The notes: generated by a model not told the origin, from the sequence alone. 64,000 bases of DNA from an uncultured Candidatus Rokubacteria bacterium (GCA_963805625.1 CAWDVE010000017.1:608001-672000), one strand, 5' to 3'; positions 40,394 through 50,138 are shown, numbered from the stretch's first letter. Numbers and translations: made by a program.

Positions 40394-41149
40394 TCTGCAC
40401 TGTACGAAGACGTCGCAGGGGGCGTTCCAGCCCCTCTTCGCCGCCGCGAGTGCGAACGCCGACGTCCTGCTACTGTGCGGGGATCTCACGGACTACGGGC
40501 TTCCGGAGGAGGCGCGCGTGCTAGCGCGCGAGCTGGGCACGGCGCTCCGCATCCCGGCGGTCGGAGTCCTCGGCAACCACGACTACGAGTCGGGACAGCA
40601 CGAGGAGGTCGTGCAGATCCTCCGGGACGCCGGCGTCGTCATCCTCGACGGAGACGGGTGCGAGGTCGCGGGCCTCGGCATCGGGGGCGTGAAGGGGCTC
40701 GGTGGCGGCTTCGGGGAACGGGCGCTTCAGCCGTGGGGCGAGGACATCATGAAGCGCTTCGTCCGGGAGACGGTGGACGAAGCGCTCAAGCTCGAGTCCG
40801 CCCTCGCCCGCCTCCGCACGCCCCAGCGGGTGGCGCTCCTGCACTACTCGCCGATACAGGCCACGGTGGAGGGAGAGCCGCCCGAGCTGTACCCGTTCCT
40901 GGGGTCGAGCCGGCTCGAGGAGCCGCTGAACCGGTATCCGGTGAGCCTCGTCTTCCATGGCCACGCGCATCGCGGCCAGGCGGAAGGCCGGACGCGCGGC
41001 GGGGTCCCGGTGTACAACGTGTGCCTGCCAGCTTCTCCGCGATCTCGATCCGGAGCAGCCGCCCGTCCGGATCGTCGAGCTGCCCGCCGCGTCCGCGCCG
41101 GATGATCAGCCCGCGGTGCGGGCTCAGCCCTTCGCGTCAGCTCGAGTGA
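40353..41149 (+). CDS. Calcineurin-like metallophosphoesterase (frameshift near 3' end)
   Basis: GDLH, GDLT, GNHD, LLHY, HGHAH motifs. Confidence 0.88.
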
Positions 41150-41540
41150 CCCGAACCGGGCCGGCACGTCCGGGCCGCCGGCGAACTCCCCCGTGAGTCG
41201 ACGGCCGGACTCGAGCGTCAGCACCAGCGCGCCGCCTCCGACCAGGTCGAAGAAGAGGCCCCGGCGCGTGAGCCGTCCTTCACGGCGCACCGTGTCCGAG
41301 AGGCCTCCGTCGACGAAGGTCACCTGGGCGACGACGGTGGGGAGACCCGGCTCCCGGGCGAAGATCATCTCGACGGCGCCGCCGCGCGTCCCGTCGTCCG
41401 CGGTCCACCGTCCGGTCCACACCCCGACCAGGTCATCCGACCGCGCGGGGGCAGCGGGGGCGGCCGGGGACGTTCGAGCCGCGGGCCCCGCCACGGCGAA
41501 CGCCGCGAGGGAGAGACGCGGGGATGATTCGCAGTCGCAT
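41124..41540 (-). CDS. Small secreted beta-rich hypothetical protein (frameshifted near start)
   Basis: MRLRIIPASL..AAFAVAG signal with +1 insertion; GVWTGRW..LTGEF; RBS GGAGG. Confidence 0.5.
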
Positions 41541-41579
41541 GGTCTGCCTCCAGAGTCCGCGGGGTGGCGCGGCTCGCCG

Positions 41580-41750
41580 TCACTGGCCCTTGCGGTGGCC
41601 CTTCCGCGCGTGCTGCTTCAGGACTGTCCGCGCCGCCACCTCGGCGGCTCGCCGGCCGTAGCGGCCCTCCTTCTGCGCCTGTTCCTTGATGTGCTCGTAC
41701 TGCCGCTGCTCCTTCGCACCCACCCCTTGGAGATGCCGTCGTCCGGGCAT
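41580..41750 (-). CDS. 56-aa basic stress-associated protein
   Basis: MPGRRHLQGVGAKEQRQYEHIKEQAQKEGRYGRRAAEVAARTVLKQ..; RBS GGAGG; absent from the ORF track. Confidence 0.7.
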   Translation of the reverse strand: MPGRRHLQGVGAKEQRQYEHIKEQAQKEGRYGRRAAEVAARTVLKQHARKGHRKGQ

Positions 41751-41771
41751 GGATTCGTCCTCCGTTCTCGC

Positions 41772-42002
41772 TCAGGCGCGAAGCTGTGACACCCCGACCT
41801 TGCGCGCGCAGTGGGCGCAGCAGTACAGGCGGCCCTCCGAGTCTTCCACTCCGTGGCCGATGATCCGGCACCCGCAGTGATCGCAGGTGGGCGCCAGCAG
41901 ATGAATGGCACACTCGAAGCAGTCGAAGGTGTGCCGGCGCCCCCAGGCGTCTATCGACAGGGTCTTGTCATAGTCGTTTCCGCAGACGTCACATCGAGCC
42001 AT
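41772..42002 (-). CDS. Cys-rich metallothionein-like protein
   Basis: CDVC, CFEC, CDHCGC, CCAHC; RBS GGAGG. Confidence 0.8.
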   Translation of the reverse strand: MARCDVCGNDYDKTLSIDAWGRRHTFDCFECAIHLLAPTCDHCGCRIIGHGVEDSEGRLYCCAHCARKVGVSQLRA

Positions 42003-42444
42003 CTCGGACCTCCTCGACGTCGATGAGAGCCAGCTTCGACCGGGGGTCGAAGCGCCGCCGCAGGTGCCCGGGCGGCTGGATCAGGATGACCTCCAGGGTT
42101 GGCCGGACGCGCGCCTCCAGGAGGTGTCCACCGTGCGCTGTCCCGTCGCGCTTGCCCACGACGACGTGCGCGTGAACCTTGGGGACGGCGCCCTCGAGCG
42201 CCACGTCCCCCACCAGGGACAGCACCTCGACCTGCTCGCGGATGGCGACCCGTACGTAGTCCTTCTGGGACCAGTCGAAATAGCCCAGCGCCACGTGCTC
42301 GAAGGCGCCGATCGCCGTGAAGTGCCCCGACGTGAGCCGCTCGCGCTTCGCGAAATCGAGGAGGCCCTGCATGGGCTCCTCGCCGGCCTCGAACACGAGG
42401 GCGATCGTGCGGGTGCCGTCAGCGTGCAGGACCTTCGCCTTCAT
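41989..42444 (-). CDS. PPC/DUF296 domain protein
   Basis: AIGAF, EVLSLVGDV, HAHVVVG, GGHL, PTLEV. Confidence 0.9.
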   Translation of the reverse strand: MKAKVLHADGTRTIALVFEAGEEPMQGLLDFAKRERLTSGHFTAIGAFEHVALGYFDWSQKDYVRVAIREQVEVLSLVGDVALEGAVPKVHAHVVVGKRDGTAHGGHLLEARVRPTLEVILIQPPGHLRRRFDPRSKLALIDVEEVRDGSM

Positions 42445-42474
42445 GAGGTCTTCATGGTCTGACGGGTCGCGCCG

Positions 42475-42726
42475 TCAGGCGGCACCCGTGAGGCCAGTCT
42501 CGCGCTCGAGCATCTCCCGCACCACCCACAGCCGGCCGCACGTGCCGCACAGCACCCCGGGGCCCAAGCGGCGCGTGACGAGCCCGTCGCAGTGACGGCA
42601 CCGGCCACTCACGTCCGTGGCCCGGTCGAACGTCACGTGCGCGTCCGACCAGCGACGCGCCCGTTCCAGAAGGGCTTCAGGGCCGTAGGGGTCGCGACCT
42701 CGGCGGGAGCGCGGGTGCCGGGGCAT
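42475..42726 (-). CDS. Small zinc-ribbon-like protein
   Basis: CRHC..CGTC; RBS AAGGAG. Confidence 0.55.
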   Translation of the reverse strand: MPRHPRSRRGRDPYGPEALLERARRWSDAHVTFDRATDVSGRCRHCDGLVTRRLGPGVLCGTCGRLWVVREMLERETGLTGAA

Positions 42727-42782
42727 CGGGTGTCTCCTTTCGCTAGGGGACCGACACGTTTCATCGTCGACACCCTGGAGTG

Positions 42783-42798
42783 AGCAAGCTCTGTGCCG
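42783..42798 (-). promoter_or_regulatory. sigma-54 promoter
   Basis: Minus strand CGGCACAGAGCTTGCT. Confidence 0.7.
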
Positions 42799-42887
42799 GA
42801 CAGCGATCCCGGCCTCAATTCGCGAGGATCAGCGGATCTCTGGTCGAGGGGACAGGCCTCACGCTCGATGCGTGCGGGGGAGGCGCC

Positions 42888-42917
42888 GACACGGTGTCGT
42901 CCCTCCGACAGCCTGAC
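42888..42917. promoter_or_regulatory. Palindromic upstream activator site
   Basis: GACA-CGG-TGTCG-TCCCTC-CGACA-GCC-TGAC. Confidence 0.7.
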
Positions 42918-42935
42918 GCGGGAAAGGATCCGCGA

Positions 42936-44555
42936 TCAGGCGCGGCGGATGCGGTCGATCTCTCGATCGAATCCCGGGAGAATGGCCTGGAAGAACGCGT
43001 TCTGGATCAGCCGGACGATGGTTTCCGCGGTGCTGGTCTGCGGGTTTTCGATGCGGCCGCTGACCGAGGTCTTCGTGGCGACCTCGTCCCGGGGCGCGTT
43101 CTCGAGGAGCTTCGCCACGCCGCCGACCAGGCCCTCGTAGAGTTTCCGGAAGAGACTCTTGTCACGGTCCTGGCGCTCGTCATAGACGTCCATGTCGCGG
43201 AACAGAGGCTTCACGTACCCCACAATCTGCCGATCTTTGATACGCAGCTGCGAATAGAAGGAGAACCAGCCGCCCTTCACGTCGAACTTCCCGTAGGTGC
43301 GCAGAAGCTCGTTCATCGTGCGCATCTCCGTGTCGTCGATGCGGACGTCGATGTCGAAGTCCGGCCCTGAGGTCTCCGGACGGAACGTGGCGCGCACGAC
43401 GCTGGCCCCGCTACCCATGAACTTCCCGGTCAGCACCGCCACCGCGGTGCCCTCCGTGAAGTGGTTGCTCAGGTTCTCGAGCGCCAGGTCACCCTCTGTG
43501 ATGAAAACGCGGTAGCTCGAGGTGGTGGCCTTGTTGACGTAGCCCACACTGGCGCGGGATGCGTGGGCGCGATCGACGCGGAGCAGCAGCCCTGACACGT
43601 TCGTCGCGCGCTCGGCGGCCTTGCCGACCTTCTCCCTGATGACCCGTTCGGTTGGCGCCGTCCGCGGCGTATGGACGAAGTCGGCGTGCAGGCCATCCAG
43701 CTGTACCTCGTGCAAGTGCAGCATCTTGAACCAGGGAGCGTACTCGACCTCGCCGGCCGCCGACATCGTGCCTTCGTTCAGAATGAGGTTGTAGCGGGCT
43801 GCGATCGGCTTGAAGTAGTCGAGGGCCACGCGCTCGAGGGCCAGGGTGGCGCGCAGCCCCGGATGCGGCTCAGCGAGAAAGTCGGCGCGGCCATCGAGCA
43901 CGAGCCTCCCGGAGTCGAAGACGATGGCCTCCAGCCAGAGGCTGGAGGGGTACGTATGGTCCTGCAGGCGGATGTTCCGGATGTTCTCGGCTCGGAACGT
44001 GACCTGCCGGAGGTGCAACGGGCGACCGCTATCCTCCACGTAGGTCAGGTCTCCTTCGGCCACCCGGAGCACGTTGATCTTGAAGGGGTAGATCGCCTCG
44101 AGCGCTTCCTGCCATCCCCGGGTCTGGACGGGCACCGGGTCTTCCGCCTCGGTCTTGAGCTGCCGGCGGTTGACGTTGATGATCGGCCGGTCGATCAGGA
44201 AGTCGGCGACGAGGTGGCCACGCGCGAGCTGTCTCCACTGGATGCTCGCGCTGAGCCTCGGGATCCGCGCCACGGGAGGATCCGGATTGAGATCCTGGAT
44301 CACGACCAGATCGAGAAGATCGACCGAGCCTCCCATGACGTGGAAATCGAGTCCGCGCAGGGTGACGGCGTATCCGCGCAACCGCTCGTTCAGCCGGTGC
44401 TCCGTCTGGCGGCGGAGCGGCTCGTCGAGGAGGCGATCGAGTGCCGCAAGCGTGAGGGCGATCACCGCGACGGGGATGACGAGCCACTTCCAGCGCCGCC
44501 GTCCGAACCCGGCGGCGCTCCACGCGCCGGCGGACGGTGCTTCACCATCGTCCAC
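42936..44555 (-). CDS. DUF748/AsmA-like envelope protein
   Basis: N-terminal TM then repeated beta-groove segments; GYVKPLF, NAFFQAILPG C-terminus; start uncertain. Confidence 0.75.
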   Translation of the reverse strand: MDDGEAPSAGAWSAAGFGRRRWKWLVIPVAVIALTLAALDRLLDEPLRRQTEHRLNERLRGYAVTLRGLDFHVMGGSVDLLDLVVIQDLNPDPPVARIPRLSASIQWRQLARGHLVADFLIDRPIINVNRRQLKTEAEDPVPVQTRGWQEALEAIYPFKINVLRVAEGDLTYVEDSGRPLHLRQVTFRAENIRNIRLQDHTYPSSLWLEAIVFDSGRLVLDGRADFLAEPHPGLRATLALERVALDYFKPIAARYNLILNEGTMSAAGEVEYAPWFKMLHLHEVQLDGLHADFVHTPRTAPTERVIREKVGKAAERATNVSGLLLRVDRAHASRASVGYVNKATTSSYRVFITEGDLALENLSNHFTEGTAVAVLTGKFMGSGASVVRATFRPETSGPDFDIDVRIDDTEMRTMNELLRTYGKFDVKGGWFSFYSQLRIKDRQIVGYVKPLFRDMDVYDERQDRDKSLFRKLYEGLVGGVAKLLENAPRDEVATKTSVSGRIENPQTSTAETIVRLIQNAFFQAILPGFDREIDRIRRA

Positions 44556-44592
44556 CCATTCGGGCCTCCCGGCGCTCGACGGCGATCGAGCC

Positions 44593-45015
44593 TCAGGCGG
44601 CTTCGAGGGGAATCTCGCGCGGGAGTTTGCGGACCAGGATCGCGTCTTGACGGGCTCGACGCTCCACCTGCCCTTGGCAGTCACGGCAACGCAAGGCGAA
44701 GGGAAGCGCGCGAAGACGAGGCAGACCGATGAACGCGTCGCACTCCTGACAGAAGCCGTACCGGCCGTCAGATAGCCGCGCGAGCGCGTCCTGGATCTGG
44801 ACGACCTGTTGAGTCCGCTGATCCATGAGAGTCACCTGGATCTCCGTGTGGAGGGTCTCCGCGGCATGGACGGAGATGTCCGTCAGGCTCGTGCTCTCGG
44901 CGGTCCGGGCCTCCGTGACGACGGCCCGCAAGGACCCCTGAAGGCGTGTCAGCTCGTCCCGCAGGAACCGCTCCAGCTCAGCGATGATGCGCCGATCGAG
45001 CTTCACTGGGCTCAT
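44593..45015 (-). CDS. TraR/DksA C4-type zinc finger protein
   Basis: Coiled coil, ALARL..GRYGFCQECDAFIGLPRLRALPFALRCRDC; RBS AAGGAG. Confidence 0.88.
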   Translation of the reverse strand: MSPVKLDRRIIAELERFLRDELTRLQGSLRAVVTEARTAESTSLTDISVHAAETLHTEIQVTLMDQRTQQVVQIQDALARLSDGRYGFCQECDAFIGLPRLRALPFALRCRDCQGQVERRARQDAILVRKLPREIPLEAA

Positions 45016-45554
45016 GTCTGATCTCCTTCTCCCATGCCTGGGGCGGACGTGCGCATTCGGCGGGGCCGGTCGGGACGCAGGTCGCGCGGCCCTGCCTTCG
45101 AAGAAGGCTTCGACGCCGGCGACGAGGGCGGGCACGAGCGCTCGCTCCGCCGCGTCGGCGACGTCGTCGATCATCCGGTTCACCAGCCCTTCGATGCGCG
45201 AGCCGAGCTTCTGCCACGAGGCGGTGATCGCCGCGAGGTGGTCGACTTGCGGCTCCAGCCGCGCCGGGATCCGGGCAACGGTATCCATGCCCGCGGCGGC
45301 AGATGTCCACTGACGTCCGTTGGCTGCTGGTGGCCGTTGCGTTGGATCCCGCGCGCGATTCGGCGGCCGACGGCGACCCCGAGCAGGGCGGCCGCCGCCA
45401 GGATCGTGGCGGGGTATCGCTCGACGTAGGTCTGCCACTGCATGGCCTCACCCGCTTTCCAGCGCAGCTCGCCTGCCGTCCGGGAGATGGAGGCGCGAGT
45501 CGCCTCGATGTCACGGCGCAGACGGTCGATGTCTACACTCCGTTGCGAATCCAT
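45012..45554 (-). CDS. DUF3618-like protein (frameshifted)
   Basis: IDRLRRDIEATRASISRTAGEL + TM; C-terminus continues in another frame. Confidence 0.6.
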
Positions 45555-45928
45555 TCCGCGTCCCTTCGCAGCTCGCGGACCGTCTCTCGGGCGAGCCGCT
45601 GGCGTTCCAGGCTCCTGATCGCCAGGAGGCCGAGTCCCACGCCGGTCACGACGAGACCTCCGCCGACGATGGCCAGACCTCCTGGCGTCGAGCCGACGAG
45701 ATGTCCGACCCACAGTCCCAGGGCGAGCAGCAGGAAGGCGACTCCGACGCCCGCTCCGACGACCCCCGCGACCAGCACGCCGACGTTCTTCGCGGCGCGC
45801 GTCGCCTCCTGCGTGAGCTCGGCCCTGAGGAGCTCGAGCCGCTGATCGATGAGCCGGCGGAGGTCGGCGACGAGTCGGGTCGCCAGCTCCAAGAGGCTTA
45901 CCGATTCGCCCACGCGTCGGGTCGTCAC
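45533..45928 (-). CDS. Holin-X/YhjD (DUF1469)-like membrane protein
   Basis: LVADLRRLIDQRLELLRAEL, two TMs, ETVRELRRDAEW. Confidence 0.75.
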   Translation of the reverse strand: MTTRRVGESVSLLELATRLVADLRRLIDQRLELLRAELTQEATRAAKNVGVLVAGVVGAGVGVAFLLLALGLWVGHLVGSTPGGLAIVGGGLVVTGVGLGLLAIRSLERQRLARETVRELRRDAEWIRNGV

Positions 45929-45954
45929 GGGCGCCCTCGTCGCCCTCTGGAGCG

Positions 45955-46338
45955 TCAGCGACGGCCCGCGGCGCTCAGCCAGCCGAGCACGAGCCCGGCG
46001 CCTGCCGCGATGAGCAGCGCGGTCATCGGTTGCTCGCCGCGTATACCCCACGACGTCGTGCCGCACCTTCTCCACGCCGCCGTCGCGGTACTCGCTCATC
46101 TTGTCGCGAGCCTGCTGAACGGCGTCCCCGACGTACTCCCGGGCGCCTTCGACGTACTCCTTCGTCTGCTCCACGGCCCCCTGGACGTAATCCTTCGCCT
46201 CGGTGGCGTAGTCCTTGGATCGCCCTTGGCGCCGTGCATGCGCTGGCGAGCGGTGTCGGCGAGGTCGCGCATCCGGACCTCGCCACTCGCCCACCGGCGC
46301 CTCTCTGCGACGTTTCCTCAGCGAACGCGATCTTCCAT
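45955..46338 (-). CDS. ElaB/YqjD/DUF883-like protein (frameshifted)
   Basis: Repeats AKDYVQGAVEQTKEYVEGAREYV; C-terminal TM after frameshift; RBS AGGAGG. Confidence 0.6.
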
Positions 46339-46380
46339 GGTGTCCTCCTGGTCCGAGATTGCTTCGTTGCCACGGACTTA

Positions 46381-46396
46381 CGCGAGCCGTGTGCCA
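46381..46396 (-). promoter_or_regulatory. sigma-54 promoter (variant -12)
   Basis: Minus strand TGGCACACGGCTCGCG. Confidence 0.55.
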
Positions 46397-46456
46397 CGTC
46401 GCGACGATCGGCGCCCCGCGATCACGCCATGCCGCAGCGTACGAGCCGGCCGCGGT

Positions 46457-46485
46457 GTCATGTGTCGTGACGCTGACAGCGTGAC
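46457..46485. promoter_or_regulatory. Palindromic activator site between divergent sigma-54 promoters
   Basis: GTCA-TG-TGTCG-TGACGC-TGACA-GCG-TGAC. Confidence 0.6.
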
Positions 46486-46555
46486 GTCGGAAGTGCATCG
46501 CGATCGGAGGATTCGATCCGGGCGACGGCGACGGGCGAACCACGATCGAGGACCG

Positions 46556-46571
46556 AGGCACATGCCTTGCA
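46556..46571 (+). promoter_or_regulatory. sigma-54 promoter
   Basis: AGGCACATGCCTTGCA. Confidence 0.7.
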
Positions 46572-46641
46572 CTCAGGAACCCACAGCGGCGACCCGGGGA
46601 GGAGCCGCAGAGCTTCGGCATCACCGCAAGGAGGAAGACAG

Positions 46642-47019
46642 ATGAACAAGAAGGGGGCCGATCGCCGACCGGACGAGAAGCCGGCGGAGCAGGGACAGGG
46701 CAAGCACGATCCCAGCACGCCGGAGTCTGGGCGGCGGATGACCGAGGTTTCCGAGGCCAGCAAGAATTCGGGAAGGCCGAGGGTCATCCCATCGACAAGC
46801 AGGTCTCCAGGCCCGGAAGGGCGGGGCGGGGGGAAGGACATCCTCGAGGGCGATCGGAGCGACCGGGAGTCGGGGCGCCCCATCCAGCTCGAGGATGACG
46901 ACGAGAGCGAGATCGTCTACCCGGCCAGCCCGGGCGGGCTGATGCGCGGCGTGGTCTGCGGCCGTCCTCAGGGGGTCGCGAGATCGGAAGCCTTGCGAGG
47001 CCGAGAAGACCAGCGCTGA
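46642..47019 (+). CDS. Hydrophilic, probably disordered hypothetical protein
   Basis: RBS AAGGAGG; G/E/R/D-rich low complexity. Confidence 0.55.
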   Translation: MNKKGADRRPDEKPAEQGQGKHDPSTPESGRRMTEVSEASKNSGRPRVIPSTSRSPGPEGRGGGKDILEGDRSDRESGRPIQLEDDDESEIVYPASPGGLMRGVVCGRPQGVARSEALRGREDQR

Positions 47020-47039
47020 TCCTCGTTCGGTATGGGTGC

Positions 47040-47088
47040 TGAAACGCGACGGCCCTGGCGGATCTTCCTCCAGGGCCGTTTCGTTTCA
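47040..47088. terminator. Hairpin between convergent genes, probable bidirectional terminator
   Basis: TGAAACG..ACGGCCCTGG-loop-CCAGGGCCGT..CGTTTCA. Confidence 0.65.
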
Positions 47089-47098
47089 GGGGGCCGCG

Positions 47099-47245
47099 TC
47101 AGATACGTCCGTCAGGAACAGGATCAGCAGGATGATGAGGACCAAGCCCAGCCCGCCGCTGGGGAAGTAACCCCAGCCCTGCTGTGGGGCCACGTCGGCA
47201 GGCCCTGACGATCAGGATTAGCAGGATCAGCAGAAGGGTCATCAT
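47099..47245 (-). CDS. DUF3309 family small membrane protein (frameshifted)
   Basis: MMTLLLILLILIV..LPTWPHS..WGY.PSGGLGLVLIILLIL..GRI across frames; RBS GGAGGT. Confidence 0.7.
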   Translation of the reverse strand: MMTLLLILLILIVRACRRGPTAGLGLLPQRRAGLGPHHPADPVPDGRI

Positions 47246-47325
47246 CGGTCTCACCTCCCTGTGCCACGGTTCGCCCGACGGGCCGTCTGGCCGCGAGGAC
47301 GGGACGGCCTGCTCTCCGGAGGGAC

Positions 47326-47629
47326 CTACTGGACCTTCAGGTTGTTGACGACCTCGTGGACCCCCGAGACCTCGCGCGCGAGCTCGGTTGCCCGCGCCTT
47401 GAGGGCCGGGTTGTCGACGTTGCCGGTGAGGTAGACGGTGCCCTTGTTCGTGTCGACGTCGACCTTCGTCAGGGTCGCGGGCTTCTCGCCGGCGAGCTTG
47501 CTCTTCACCGACGCGGTGATCTTGGCGTCGTCGACGCTCGCCGGCCGACTTGCCCGTCATCGCCGTGCAGCCGGCGGTGACGGCCACCAGCATGGCCAGC
47601 ACGAGCACGGAACGGAACAGGTGTCGCAT
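47326..47629 (-). CDS. BON-domain (OsmY-like) lipoprotein (frameshifted)
   Basis: Lipobox TAGC; DDAKITASVKSKL, VDVDTNKGTVYLTG, VVNNLKV. Confidence 0.8.
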
Positions 47630-47688
47630 GTGTGTCACCTTCCTCTTTCTCTTTGGTCTCCTTCGGTTGTTGAAGCGCGGCGCGCGCC

Positions 47689-47927
47689 CTACTGTCGGCT
47701 TGAGCCGGCCGGCGCGAAGGCGTCGCCGCGTCGATCTCACGGAACCGTCGCGCCACCTCGTCCTCCGCATCACGCTTGGCCCAGCCGTACTTCTCCTGGA
47801 GCCTGCCGACGAGCTTGTCCTTCTTGCCGTCGATCACGTCGAAGTCATCGTCGGTAAGCCTGCCCCACCATTCCTTCATCTGACCGCGCATCTGCTTCCA
47901 CTTCCCTTCCATGATGTCCGCGTTCAC
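47689..47927 (-). CDS. csbD: CsbD family general stress protein
   Basis: EGKWKQMRGQMKEWWGRLTDDD..IDGKKDKLVGRLQEKYG; RBS AGGAGG; stop shifted. Confidence 0.85.
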
Positions 47928-48006
47928 TTGTGCCTCCTGTCTTGACATGGCCGCGCCGCGCGTGCGGACCGCGCGACGCGGTTTGCTGAGTCCCTGGGAA
48001 TGCTGT

Positions 48007-48022
48007 AGCAACTTAGTTGCCC
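48007..48022 (-). promoter_or_regulatory. sigma-54 promoter
   Basis: Minus strand GGGCAACTAAGTTGCT. Confidence 0.6.
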
Positions 48023-48136
48023 GTTCCCGCGAACCTGGAACCGGTCGGACACGAAACTCTCGATATGCCCAGCACATGGGCGAGTCTCAACGGCGGCCAT
48101 GTCTCGATGACGCACGCGTCGATCCCACTCGAAATA

Positions 48137-48166
48137 GTCATGTCGTCGCGCCGGTGACACCATGAC
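48137..48166. promoter_or_regulatory. Palindromic upstream activator site
   Basis: GTCA-TGT-CGTCG-CGCCGG-TGACA-CCA-TGAC. Confidence 0.6.
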
Positions 48167-48246
48167 GACGTGGTGAACGGCCCTGGCGTGGCTGCCTCCG
48201 CACCGTTGTCGTGATGGGCACTGGCCTGGAAAGTCCCGCGCGCCGG

Positions 48247-49957
48247 TCAGCGCAGAGCGAGCCGCCGCCGCGGTCGGCTCGGGCACCCGCCGGAGCAACG
48301 CCAGCTCCTGGAGCTGGGCGCACGCATCCGCGAGGCTCACGGTCACTCGGTCGGCTCCCGCCGCCACCATGGCGTCACGGGCAGCCTCGTCGCCTCCGTC
48401 GGCGCCCCACCACCCCACCACGATCGGAAGGTCGGGGAAGCGCGCGCGCAGGCGCTTGCAGAGGTACCGGAGATGCAAAGGGTGGCCCGCACCCGCCAAG
48501 GCGCCGATGAGGACCGTCGCCGGCGCGCGAGCCTCCACGACCGCAATGGCCTCGCTGACCAGGAGATCGGGCGAGGCGACGTCCACGGTGAAGCGACTGG
48601 GATCGAGGCGTTGCCTCAGCATCTGTAGGGCGATCTCATCTGCCTCCTCGTGCGCGGGAAGACCGAGGACGGAGGTGGCCGGGCGGAGCGCCGGTTCGGC
48701 CGGCGGCTCCGAGAGGTCGAGCTCCTCGATGAGCTCACGGGTCGTCCGCTCGACGAAGCGCGCGTCCACATCCGTGATGCGGCCCCGCCCGTGGTCGCGT
48801 TGCGCGTGGTTGAGGGCGGGCACGAGGACCTCGTCGTAGACGTCCTGACCCGGGTGCGACGCGACGTAGTCTTGGACCAGCGTCGCCGCCTCGCTCTCGT
48901 CTCGGGCCACCAGGCGTTGGTAGTAGCTCCGGGCCGGCCCCATGACGGGCTCGTCCGACATGAGGACGGACACGATCTCCAGATCTGGCACGTACTTCGC
49001 GAGGACCACGAGGCAGACGGTCAGCGGCGTCGCCAGCGCGAGCCCGACCGGCCCCAGACCCACGTCCAGAAGGCCACCGCCACCAGGAGCCCCACCTGGG
49101 ACACGCCGGCACTCTGGCTGTAGAGATACGTCTCCAGGACAAGATTGGAGAAGAGCTCGAGCGCGACGAAAAGCCCCGCGATCAGGACCGGCTGGAGCCA
49201 GCCGTCGAACACCGCGAGACCGACGAGCGAGACGATGAGGGCGGCCGCCCAGGGGCCGACGTACGGGATGAAGCGGAGGACCGCGGCTAGGGAATGACGC
49301 GGATCAGGCGATCTCGCAGTTGGAGCCGCTCCAGGAGCATGAAGATCACCAGCACGAGCACCAGGCCGACATTGCCGAGCGCGCCCAGCACGACGGGAAG
49401 CTGCCAGAAGGCCGAGGCCTGGGGCTTCACCACCACGGGCACGGGCTTCTCGGCCGGCTTGACCGGCTTGTCTTCCTTTTGGAGTTCTTCGACGACCTCC
49501 TTCGTGGCCGATTGCACCTTCTCGATCACGCCGCCCCGGCTCGCCCCGCGGACCTCGGCGATCTTCTGCTTGAGGTTGTCCCGATAGCTCGGGATCTCTT
49601 CGCCAAGGCTGGCGGCCTGGAGCGCGAGCGCCCAGGTGAAGGCGCCCAGGACCGAGAACGTCAGGATCACGACGAGGACGACCGCCGCGGCGCGGGGTAA
49701 CCGTCGCTCGAACACGCGGACGATCGGGTTCAGGACGAAGGTGAGGAGGCCCGCGACCGCCAGGGGGACCAGAAACCCGCGCCCGAGGTAGAGGGCGCCG
49801 ACGGTCATCAGCACGCCGGCCAGCAAGATGACCGACCGGACCCACGGAGGGCGGGAGCCTGCCCGCGGCTGGCTCCGATGCCGTGGCCCCGTGTTGGGAC
49901 CGCCTGTGGCTCGGTACTGGCAGCGCGGCGACCTGAAGGGGACACGGATTCGCTCAT
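48247..49957 (-). pseudogene. AI-2E family transporter with C-terminal cytoplasmic domain; frameshifts and an apparent internal deletion
   Basis: LVPLAVAGLLTFVLNP, LRDRLIR, RFIPYVGPW, LATPLTVCLVVLAKYVP split over three or more frames. Confidence 0.75.
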
Positions 49958-49969
49958 CTGACTGTCCGG

Positions 49970-49985
49970 TGCGAAAGCCATGCCG
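49970..49985 (-). promoter_or_regulatory. sigma-54 promoter (variant -12)
   Basis: Minus strand CGGCATGGCTTTCGCA; ATG 14 nt after -12 C. Confidence 0.55.
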
Positions 49986-50028
49986 TCACCACCCGAACGC
50001 GCAGCACGCGGTTGAGCACTTGTCGCGC

Positions 50029-50058
50029 GTCGGAGTGTCGCGGCGGCGACACCATGGC
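50029..50058. promoter_or_regulatory. Palindromic activator site between divergent sigma-54 promoters
   Basis: GTCG-GAG-TGTCG-CGGCGG-CGACA-CCA-TGGC. Confidence 0.65.
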
Positions 50059-50138
50059 GTGACGCGTCGCGTCGGTCGTCACGGCCGCCGCACATCGTAT
50101 ACGGCCGACATTCGAAGAGGCCGCTCCGCGCTCGCGGC

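Noticed and set aside
44593-45438. DUF3618-DksA fusion
   Set aside because: DksA-like gene has its own AAGGAG RBS and ATG at 45015; read-through is likely due to an indel.
45533-45928. Prophage, suggested by holin-like, TraR-like and HK97-fold (encapsulin) genes
   Set aside because: No integrase, terminase, portal or tail genes; these families are normal cellular stress genes in this context.
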